Below the pieces are notes generated by a model that ran no database searches, was not told the origin of the DNA, and worked only from the letters and a program-made list of their open reading frames with translations. A DNA stretch of 64,000 nt from Chiloscyllium plagiosum (Eukaryota), in NCBI RefSeq assembly GCF_004010195.1, contig NC_057752.1, positions 5,521,754 through 5,585,753 of the forward strand, in the 5' to 3' direction. Made by a program: the position numbers and the translations under genes. Of this stretch, positions 42,601-54,600 are shown piece after piece (within the stretch, counting starts at the first letter, position 1; each line of letters begins with the position of its first letter).

Positions 42601-45600
42601 TCTGTGGAAATAATTAAAAAGAAACTACCCAAATTATAGCAGCCATCTATTACAAATAGTGAATTTTGTAGTAATTGTGTTGCTGGTTCAAAATTGACAA
42701 ACCTCTCAATCACTACAGACTTTGATGTCTGTTGGCAAATGATCTGGGTAAGCTGGCATATGTCTGTTAAGTGTCAGCTGCAAGATATGCTACTCTTTGG
42801 TTCCGGAAAGCATTACCCTCCTCATGAGAAGGATGGAGGTGAAACATCTGTGAAATAGCTATCACAAGTGAATGATGTATGTACTTCTCATGGAACTCCA
42901 TCTACAGCCCATTTTGCAAAAGCCCTTCCATGAGTTGGTAGTCACCATACACACCCAGAGCTCCCTTCAAAGGTCAGAAGTGGCTAGCAAATTGTCTTGT
43001 CACCCAATAATGCTGAATACCATTCTGTAGTTTTGAACATGTGTACAATCCATAACAACAACCAAGAAAGTATCCATTTTTTTTTTCTTCTGTCTGGATT
43101 CTGTGGCAAAATGTATGCAGTAACTGCAGAACGTACTGATTTATTCCTGTTAAAGAAAATCATTGTCCCCCTAAAAAGTAGTAATGTACACAGATAGTAT
43201 GGACTGGTTGAGCTGAATGGCCAGTTTCTTTCTACATGACGTTCTTTGTAAACCACCTGTAATGATAAACAATTGAGGCTAAATGTGAAGATTAAATAGT
43301 GACACATTATGTAGGATCTCGGAGCAAAACTAATTAATTTTGAAAGGTTATGCCGTGAGCATGTGGTTAGAAAGTTATTAAATTGTTGAGATAAGTCAAT
43401 TAAATTGTGCAAAACTCGGAGTTTTTAGTTAAACAGGGAATTTGTCCTAGAGATTGATGAGCAGTGACTCATAAGATTAAAATCAATAGTTTATTCATTG
43501 CATTCCTGGATTCAAATATCATAGCAATGATTTTCCTACTCTGTTGTACCTTGCCAGATGATGTCAATGGCTTGCTATTGGCACGGTTGGCAGTGAGGAT
43601 TGTGTTTGAGCTGCTGCACCATTTCTGGCTTGTGCTTTGCTAGGATATGACTCACCAAATGTCAGATTCATAAACAGGGGGTGTGCTATGCTAAGCTTTT
43701 GTAGTTTTGCTTCCAAAATGACTCAGCAAGTAGGTCAGGAATGTCTTGGATTTGAGCTGCAATCGTCTATACTGAGTTAACTGACCTCCTGATTTCCAGC
43801 TACGAAGCTGGTAAGTGAATTATTTGATTCAAACTATATGCGGGATGTTTAAATTGCACAAAGCCATGACATTATTTGCTTGCTCTCCTTTGGAGTGAGG
43901 TGATGGTCCTCCTTGTTCTCTCAGGTGAGTGGACTGCGAAGACGGGTTTTCAGTGCCACCTTTCATATTGTCTGAATGAGAGAAAGATCTGTTCTGTTTT
44001 CGCAGCAATACAAGAGGACAGTTATGATTTCAGTGCCCTTCTCATTGTTGTAAATCCAAGCTTTCAGCTGTGCTTGTGTGAAGCAAAGTGCTGCTAATTG
44101 CCAACACACGTACAATGATTAAAGAGGGGTCTAGATAGCTGCTGCTTTTTGGTCATTAGAAAGTAACGGTGGCACAGTGGTTAGCACTGCTGCCTCACAG
44201 CGCCTGAGACCCGGGTTCAATTCCTGCCTCAGGTGACTGACTGTGTGGAGTTTGCACGTTCTCCCCGTGTCTGCGTGGGTTTCCTCCGGGTGCTCCGGTT
44301 TCCTCCCACAGTCCAAAGATGTGCAGGTCAGGTGAATTGGCCATGCTAAATTGCCCATAGTGTTAGGTAAGGAGGGGCATGGGTGGGTTGCGCTTCGGCG
44401 GGTCGGTGTGGACTTGTTGGGCCGAAGGGCCTGTTTCCACACTGTAATGTAATCTAATCTAAATAGTGCTGCCACAGATTACTGTTATTCAGACATTAGA
44501 AACCTGTTTGTTTTGCCAGGGTTTTGTAATGTCACACTTTTCAGGTGACTTTTGCTGGCAATGTAGGAATTTGTACTTTCCCATTACATACAGCACTCAG
44601 GAAGAGCCCAAATGTGTCGAATTAAAGCAGCAGGGCTGTTGCTCTTTATGAGATGGCTTGCTCATAGGAGTGAAGCACAAGAAGTGGGGTCACCATACTA
44701 CACAATGATGTGCCACCAGGCACTGAACAGTTAGAGTTACTGAGATTGCAATTTTATTTATCTGTAAATCAGTTGTAAACTGCCATTGAAACAAACTGAT
44801 GGTTGTTCATTCATGTCCATCCTCAGTGCTGGGCAAAACATTGCTTTCATTGTTTAACAAGTCCCTTTTTAATGTAGGACTTGCAAATTAAAGTTAATTT
44901 TAATAATATGTATTGGAAAGAAATAATATTTTCTTTTTGACTGGTCTTCTGTTGCAGGCATGCTCACAATCACCGATTTCATTAACATTTTACACCGATA
45001 CTACAAGTCGCCGCTGGTACGTTTGCTGTCTCTGTGTGTGTGTGTGTGTGTAAGCTGGGACTGCAGTTAATCTTAAATACTCTGGTATTAAGAAGGATTT
45101 TTTGTGATTGAAGTGTGCATTTGTTTTGTGGTAAGCTGATGCTAAACGAGAGTCATAGCCTGCCTTACCTCCAACTCAGTGGAGATCTATTTTCAGCTGC
45201 ACCACTGCATAAATATTGCCCAATTTATCCCCAAGTTTTCACTTCACCTGCCTTGAAGGGTTCTTGTGCTGTGGTGCACTTCCATAAGCAGTACCCACCC
45301 ACTGATACCTTCACCACTTGGTCCCAGCTATGGTCCCACCCCTTATCCCGAATTGTAGCTGCCCTTCTACTGGTTTTGCTAAGATAAGTTATCTTACAGG
45401 CATCCTACTTTGAATTTCCTTGATCCCGTGGTTTTTCCTTCAATACTGAAGACAAAGGGGAGACCGACCTGCATTTAACCCTTTCTGGGGAATGTAAAAG
45501 GTCCCATGGCAGTATTTTGAAGAAGATCGGGGGGAGTTCTCCCCAGTGTCTTGGTCAACATTTAACCCTCAGCCAGCATCGGTGAAACACCTGATCTAGT

Positions 45601-48600
45601 CAACGTCACATTGCTGTTTGTGGGAGCTTGCAATGCACGTCACAAAAGGTGCTACAAAAATGCATGTTTTTAGTTAGTTCCAATTAATCTGCTATTCAAT
45701 TATAGAAGTACTTTGCGTGAAGGTTCCCATTGTTTCAGGTGCATTAAGATGAGTGGGGGAGAGTGCACAGAAGTGGCTGGTGGGATGGCAGCAACTTACC
45801 AATCTGCTTCTGGGGATTGTGGCTAATTTCAAATTCTTTTTTTTTTCCTTTCCCACACAGGTTCAGATTTATGAACTGGAGGAACACAAAATAGAAACGT
45901 GGCGAGGTAAAGTAAGATAACAGAGAGAGTGAGTGTTGACCCGCAGAATTTTAAAGTTGTGAGGGGCAAGGCAATGGGTTATAATAAGGATGTCGTAGGG
46001 TAGAGGAGAAAGTTGAGTCCTACTATCTGTGCATTGCAGAAAAGGGAGAGACTGGTATGAAGTTGTGAAAATCTGTTGTTGGACCTTGAAGTCAGTTTGA
46101 TTAATTTATTTTGCCAAAGGGATCTTGGACTTAACCAGACAGTAGTTTATGCTTATTAAGCGGTAAGCCAGCTGAAGGAGCTTTTGTTGTCTGCTGGTGG
46201 TTGCCTTCTACTTGGATAGCTCCATTGCTTCATAGTTTGCAGATCCTTTATTGTCAAGGCACATTGAAGGGTATATTTTTAAGGAATAAAGAGAAGGGTG
46301 CACTTTAAAGAATCAAATTGCTGAAAAATTAAACAGGTTACACTGTTGTTAATGTGCACAAACATCTTTGGAAAACTTCAGTATGTAAAAAGTTAATCAG
46401 AATCGACTTTTCCTTTTCCTGAAAACAAATGCCAGTGCTGTTCTTGAAGTGTCCCTTGCATTTATCAACCATCATCTGCAATTGGAGTTGAAGTGGGAGA
46501 TGGCATGGGGCAGGGTGACACTGGGCACGCAGACACACAAGATGGCCGCTGAGCCATACGTTGGCTACTTGACACACAAGATGGCCACTGGACCACAGTA
46601 TGGAGAGAGACAGCAGAGCAAACACAGACAATGCCTGGGGCCAGCAGAATGTCAGCACAATGCAGTCACAACTTAGTCGATTAGTTTAAGGCAGGTGGGG
46701 GAGAGAATACACATTAGTAACGTACACTGCCCGTCGAAGTGTCTGGGTCCAGCCAATACTTTTGATAGAAATGCTAACAGTCTGATACAGACTCAATACA
46801 GAGTACTAATAGCCAGGGCTGCAGTAGTCGTCCTTCTCAGGAAGAGCGATTAGCGCCCATTACTCGAGCAATGGACTTCCGCGCAGACATTGAAACTGAC
46901 AATGACTGCACCGAAACTATTAACGGTTCTGTAATGTTTACCATAAACAAATCATGTTACAAAGACAATAACCTCATCACTGACCTATTATTACAAAATG
47001 TATAAATGTTTCTTGACATGTGCTCCGGGTAGAGAGAAGACTCACAGCTGACCACTGTGCTGTTGGTATTGCTCTCTCTCCCGAAGCTCCAGTATTTCCT
47101 TGTGCATTAAACTCTGTCATTGAACCCCGACTCTGAATCCAAGGCTGGTGATTTTCCCCACAACAGAGTCCTTAAAAAGTTACACAACTAAAGCAGACCA
47201 TTTGGGCCATTGTGTTTGTGTCATGTTTTCTTTCTTGCCATCACTGTCACCCTCTTTGAATGCTTCTTCACTGCTTCGCCATTAATTTGCTTTCAAATAG
47301 CCATTTCCAGTCTGTTTTTGCTCAATCATGTTTCAGTTGAGCAAAGAAAAAGGCATTGTAAACATGTTTGGAATGCTCTTCTCCTCCCACCCCTCAGCAC
47401 CACTAGCAGAATCACTATTTCCTTGAATATAGTATGATAAGTGTCTTTTTAAAGAATATATTAGTTTGGATTGCTGGCAGCTCCTGGTTGTATTGAACTC
47501 TGTACTAAACAAGATTAACCTGGAAATATGTAAGGAGCTTGTGCGATGGGGAGGGAGGTGGGTCAATGCTCGCTCAGTGCTAAAGGTACTTTATAAACTG
47601 GTGAGGTCTAAGATTGCAGCCCTAATCAGTGCTGAATGAACTGATCTCAGTCAGGCTCTGGTGCTAAGTCATTTGTGATTTAACATTTTTGCTCTTTGAT
47701 TTTAGAAATGTAAGTTGAACACCTTTACCATTGGCTTATTTTAAGAGAAAGAGTTGACAATTCAGACCAATGACATTTCAAGTAGCAGCATTGACACTGT
47801 TCCTTGCTCCAGATGCAGCCTGTCTTCTGCACGTTTCTAGTGTTTTCTGTTGATCATTCCAATTTCCAGCATTTAGTGTTCTGCTTTTGATTTATTTAGA
47901 GCTCCAGTAGTGATAATGGAAGAGAATGCCTTATATGTTGTACTTGAATTCTGGTTTCTTTGTCTGGGAATATGCAAGGATTTTATTATTGTGGCAGTAA
48001 CAACATTCAAGTCAGCAGCAAGAGGTAACCATTCAGCCCTTGAGCCTGCTCTGTTATTCAATAATATTATGGCTGGTCTGATTGTGATCTCAACTCTACT
48101 TTCCTGTCTGCCTCCTCTCCCCATAACTCTTGACATGCTTGCCAATCAGAAATCATTCAGCCTTGAATATATTCAATGAGCCAGTCTCCACTGCTTTCTG
48201 GAGCAGAATTCCAGGCTAAGAGTCCTCTGAGAGAAGAAATTTCTCCCCTTACTTTTAAACTATGCCCCCTCAAAAGACATCCTCTTAGCATCCACCCTGT
48301 GAAGCCCTCGCAGGGTCGTCTTTTTCAATAATATCACCTCTCATTCTTCTAAACTCCACTGAGTATAGGCCCAATCTGCTCAAAGTTTCCTCATAAGATA
48401 AACCCTTCATCCAGAAATCAGCTAAATGAACTTTCTCTGCACTGTTTCCTTAAGGAGGCCAGAACTGTACACAGTGTTCCAGGTGTAGTCTTGCCATTGT
48501 CCTGTAATGCTGTAAATGATCTAGCTATCTGAATATAAAAGATCCTTTTTGTTTATTGTGGTTTCTTATGACATCTATTTAGTATTGCCACTCATTGACT

Positions 48601-51600
48601 TTTACTTTTTTCCTCTTTGTCTCATCAGAGGTTTACTTGCAGGATTCATTTAAACCCTTGGTGAGCATCTCTCCAAATGCCAGGTAACTAAAATGTGCTA
48701 ATCTTGTGTGGCAGTGTGCTTTAATCTGGCTTGACAACATGCATTCCACCTGATTATTTGGTCATCTTTCTGTAGAACCTGCAGTTATTTGGTCAAAAGG
48801 TTCTGAATTGTGAAAGGACTCTTATGTAAGAGGTCCTTTATGACCTCTTGTAAGAGTTCAGTTGGCAGTTTTGTTCATCCAGTTGCCAGCAGAACATTTG
48901 TTGGATAACACAAATACTTTGGGGTTTGGGGATTGAAGTTTTGCATGAAATTTTCAGGTTCCAAACAACCATGAGAGCTGACGAAAGAGGCAGGCGTATG
49001 ATGGGTGGGCCTAGTGGGGGGAGAGAAGGACATCAGGGTACTAGAAATAGACGCAGGCAGAAAAGGATGTGGGAGAACATGGAGGCTGCGAAGAGGGAGA
49101 CTAGGGCCTTGACGCAGGAAGGGAATGGAGCAGGAAGGGAAGCCGAGTCGGCAAGGGAGACCAGGGCGCAGGAGGGAGGAGAATGGTGTGGCGAGAGGGC
49201 AGAAGCCGGAGGGCAGGGCCACAGGGAAGCGTTGGGCGGTGATGGGGTTGGGACAGAGCCACCTGACGACACAGTCTGGCTGGGGATGTGGGATGGAAGG
49301 GATTGGGGAGGCAGGCCCGAGATGGGAGGGAGTGGGGATGGAGTCGGGAGAGAAGCAGGGGATGGGGTTGGGTGGGGTCAGGAAGGAGGCCGGGGGTGGG
49401 TTAGGGAGGTTGATTGGGGGAGTATGAAGAGGGAGAGGGATTGGGTCGCAAGGGAATGTTAAGGGCATGGTGGGATGGGAAATGGAGGGGATGAGAGGAG
49501 TTAGAGCAAGCAGGGAGGCCAGGGATGGAATGGAGTGGGGAGGGAGACAAAGAATGCAGGGTGGGAGGGATCTTGGTGTCTCGGTTGTGTTTTAGGAATA
49601 TGTGGAAGAAAAAACAATTCAAAGCAGAGTGTAAGGTAACTTGAAACATGAAAGCTCTTTTAAGATTTGTATTTGAGTTTATCTATCAAAATTTAATTGG
49701 ACTGGATTAGTGTAAGGTATTTTGGCTTTAGGTTGTATTTTCATTTCTATATATTGAAGTAAATGTCTGATAGTATGAATGTGTGGCACAGCATTTGCCA
49801 TCTTAAATATTCAGCCTCTCCATTGTTGACGCACAGTGGCAGCAGTGCATATCACCAAATGACTCACTGCAGCAAATTGCTAATGCTCCTTGGACAGCAT
49901 CTTCCAAACCTGCGACCACTTCCACCTTCAAGGACAAGTGCAGTAGGTGCATGGGAGTGAAACCACCTGCAAGTTCCCTCCAAGTCTCTCTTCACTCTGA
50001 CATGGAACTATATCGCTGATCTTTAACTGTCACTGTGTCATAGGCCTGGGACTCCTATCCTAATTCTATTTGATTACAATGTTATTTATCCTTGATGAGA
50101 AATCCTTTTTTTGATTTTCATTTGTGCATTTTTTAAAATTGCAATGACCATTCTGAACTTAAGTGAATCCTTGTGTCATGTGATGCCAACATGTCAACTT
50201 CTCAACCTTTTCTATTATTGCAGCTTGTACGATGCAGTTTCATCGCTAATCAAGAACAAAATCCACCGTCTTCCAGTCGTCGATCCGTTGACAGGGAACA
50301 CACTCTACATTCTCACACACAAGCGCATCCTAAAGTTTCTCAAACTCTTTGTAAGTATCTCAGACTAGTAAAGTGAGGTGAATTCAGTCACCTCCACAAG
50401 GGCGCACATGAAAAATTTTGGGTGTCATCTTTTTTTGGTGGCAGTTTTTAACTTCGAGCAGAAGTAACTTTGAAATTTAAACCATTTTTCACTGAGGTTA
50501 TTCTGATATGGCCATGTTGCGTCAGAGATCTGATTTTGTCACCTAAGGGATTAAGTAACGCAGAGTTGAAATTGTGTCATTGCATTTGATTTCTCTCATT
50601 ATTTAAGGTAAGTTTACATCACTGAGCAAAATCTCTTCTAACCTTGAAGTGATGCTATCAAGAGAACTCATACTGCAATGAAAGCCAGGCTCCCAAGTTG
50701 TATTCAGAAACATTTGTGCTGTATTATTTCCCTCTAGCTTTAGATAAAACAGCCCAGTATTAAGGTCAGTTAGCTGTGGTTGGGATAAAGTATTTTGTCG
50801 CTGGGGAAGTAAAGTAGCATGCAATTTTTGCAACTGTGCAGGTTCACATCAGATATTCTGAATAGCTTCTCTGGAGGTTGGGGTCAAATAATTGCATTCT
50901 TCCCATCTCATTCTTCTCATCTAACTACTGCCTTTGTTGCTGTTAGAAATCTGTTTGAACTCATTGGGAAATATATCTTTTGGGGTCACAGGACAGCATC
51001 TAAACACAGGTGTTCCTCTGATCTTCAGTTCTATGCTTTATACTGGAGAAAATGAGGACTGCAGGTGCTGGAGGTCAGAGTTGAGAGTGTGGTGATGGAA
51101 AAGCACAGCAGGTCAGGCAGCATCTGAGGAGCAGGAGAATTGATATTTCGAGCATAACCCCCACTTTCTGATGAAGGGCTTATGCCTGAAATGTCGATTC
51201 CCATGCTTTATACTGCCCATCTCATGTGAGATGGCAAAAATGGTTAACGTTTGTGCAATGTTCTGTGATATACTTGTTGAATTTAGAGCTCCTTGATTTT
51301 GCAACAGCTGAAGGGTTGTACCACTTCACTTGCCATGGACCTTCTGTATAGCTATCCCTCATGTAAATGAATTTAAACCTGTACGTTGCAGTTTGATATT
51401 AAGTGGACATTTCAGTAGCCTTAGTAATCACTGATGTAAATGCCCACTGACAGCATTTATAAGTCCTGTACCCCACAGTTCCATTCATGTTATACATGAG
51501 GCTGCGGTATTCAGTTCATAGGGGATATGGTCTGCTTCTGGAAATTGGTGCTTGTGTAGTTGAGTTTAAATAGTGAGAGATTACCCATATTTCACAATTT

Positions 51601-54600
51601 GGTTTAAATGAGATTGGCTTGGGTTCAGATATGTAATTTGCTGAAATTTGTGTCACAGGTAGATAGGGTAGTTAAGGTGTTTAGCATGCTTGCCTTCATT
51701 GCTCAGACCTATAACATGTAAAACATTTTGGATTAGTACTTGAATAAGAAAGGTTTGGAAGGCTATGAGCCAAATGCAGGCAAGTGGGATTGGTTTAGTT
51801 TGGGAACGTGATCGGCGTGGACTCGAACCCAAGGACCTGTTTTCATCCTGAATGACTTTATGACTTTGGTATGGAATAAAATTCTGATATTGCAGACCTG
51901 ATATTGCAGACCTTGCTGCTGAGACAGGTGGGAAAACTTGAGTACCAGCAATGAGTGATGCTCCACTAACCACAATCTATATCCACGTCTGCCTTGGCCT
52001 CCCCCCTCCATTTTATCTTCCACAAAAATGGTCTAGACCACTGACTTTTCCATGGGTATATCAGCCAGGAAGTGGGCTTGAGTGAGGGGAAGACATCAAT
52101 CCATCTATTAACTTATTTTCTTCCATTATTCAAACTCTGTCAGCTGCTGCATGTGTCCACTCCTGTGCTGGGAGATCTACTGCCATGGTGTTTCGCACTA
52201 GTCTGTCTTGCACCATCCTCACTTAGCAATTGTAGCTCGTCTACAACTGCTCTGTGACATCTTCATCCTACTGTGTTTAAGTCAGCCCGTCTTTCTGTTC
52301 CCCTTCACTTTCCCCTTTGGAAGAGATCTCTGTAGCTTTTCAGCTCTGATCAACAACCAAAATACTAACATTTTGTTTTCGGGATGTCATTTTTTAAAGA
52401 GTTATTTTCCTCTTGTGATTTCAAATACCTCCTCTTTTAACTTATTGATTGTATATAGAATTTTTAGCACATCTTAACATCCGCATTTCATACATTTCTA
52501 CTGTCTTCCATAGATCTAATTTTATTGTCAGGTTTCTGTGGTCACTGGCAAAGTGGATAGAATGTAGCATCTTAAGTTTTTTTTCCCTTGTTTCAAGCTT
52601 GAGTTTTACATCATATCTCTTCTTGTCCTAACTTTCTGTATCGCGTGTGCCAGTTCAGTTCAGTTTGTCCAGTTAGGATAAAGGGTATCTACTTGTTGCA
52701 GTGTGATACCATTCGCATCAATCGCTCATCTACTTTCTTCCCATGTCTTCCTTCTAACTCCCGTTAATATGAACACCAAACAGACAAAAACAATAAAGAT
52801 TCCAAGCTTCTAAATTTTACCTGACATATGATATTTTGTAGGGCCTCTCCTGGTTCTGCAAGTAGTGCTGTGTGATCAGTATATCACAAGTTTATGTTCT
52901 TGTCTCCAATTCTTATCCCGGATGTTTATCTGATTCTCTGAATGTTAGAAATCAAACAGATTATGTGTCTGTGAAGCAACATTTTAGAAGCAGTATAAAG
53001 AACATTTGTATGTATTTGATACAGCTATTAATTCAGATCACTGTCTCCTTGTAGCAAAACTTACAACACCAAAAATGAAAATGATGTACAACCATCTAGA
53101 TTTTGACATCTTGAAGGGTGACAATGTCAGAGGTGTTTGCCCTTCAAGTTAAAACGAAGAGCGAATATTTCAGGATTGTGGATTGAACAAACAGAATTCC
53201 CAGAACAAGACATAGAAAGCAAATGGGAAGTATGAATGAGTATACAACATGCTGCAAAGGAAATGTTACCAACAGAAAAATAAGAGACAAGCAATGGATA
53301 ACAGTTGAGATACTAGCAAAGATTGGAAGGAGAAAGAAAAGAAAGACACCAGAATTTCTTCTCAATGTTGAAACTGTCAAGAATACATGTTGGCAGACTA
53401 AATTGAAATGATGTAATGCGATGCGTGACAAAACATTAAAGTCAGAAAGAAATCCTAAAATGAGAGTTTTACACTACAGTTGAAATCTTTAACAGGCTAT
53501 AAGAATAACAGTTGTGGGTCATTGGAGAACAAAAGTGATGAAAATATTGTTTGAAAGGAATGGAGCAGCAAAAAGATGGACAGAATATAGAAATGAATTG
53601 TACAATGATCCAAACCGAGGGAGACTTTTTAAAGATAGAAGCAAACAATGAGCTAAACCTTTAAGATACCTGAGGTAAAGTACACTTTGAAACTGAATGC
53701 AAGAAAATATCCAGGCTCAGATGAAAAGAAAAATAGCAGAGCATGTGAGAACCTTTGGAGAAACAGAATGAGAAGTGATAACAGAAATTTGTGGTCAATT
53801 AAGTACCAAAAGATATATTCCAAGTGACTTGACATATTCATTATTTGTTAAAATATCTAAGAACCTTGAAGCAATGGCAATCATTTTAGAACAATAAACT
53901 TAATTAGTTATCTTTCTAAAATGATCTTGAAAATCATAACCAAAAGAAATATTAACACATTTGAAGCAGAAATTGGTGAAACACACTCTGGACATAGACC
54001 TGGAGTAGGAGCAGCATAGGGAATATTTAATCCAAGAATAATTTTTGATAAATATCTAGAAGTAAATGAAAATATTTACCTCTACTCTTCATAGACCATG
54101 ATTGTTGCCAAAAGCTAGTAGTCATATTGCTGAAATGTGATATTAACAGGATAAAGATTAGATTTATCCCGCGCATACATTGGGACCAAATAACACTCAT
54201 CAGGCTAGAAGAGAGATAATCTGACAGGTTTCAAGTGAAGGGCGGAGTATGATGAGGCAATAAAAATCATGACTAAATAAATATCAGGCTATGTCCTGAC
54301 AGCCCAGCAAGATTGTTTGCATATGCACCCTTTGTGAATCACTTAATGGTGGCAACCAAGTCAGCACAGCAGCTATCAGTGAACTTGTCACTGCAGTACT
54401 GGCAGGGTAATGTGCACTGAGCAATTTATGGTGATGTCAGCACACACTGTACTGGACTTGATTTTGGTATTCAAGCCCTGGGTTGGGGCTTAAAACCAGA
54501 AACTTGTGATTACAAAGCCTGCTACTGAGCCACAGTGGTAGATTTAAGAAGTTCTTTGCTGTTTGGTGTGCAGAGGGGAGGAAGAAAGAGACTTATTCCA

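Noticed and set aside
44168..44240. tRNA-like A and B boxes
   Set aside because: Head of a SINE that continues into the shared SINE body, not a tRNA gene.
48875..49649. Overlapping long ORFs (Pro-rich and Gly/Glu-rich)
   Set aside because: By-product of a low-complexity purine tract that lacks stop codons.
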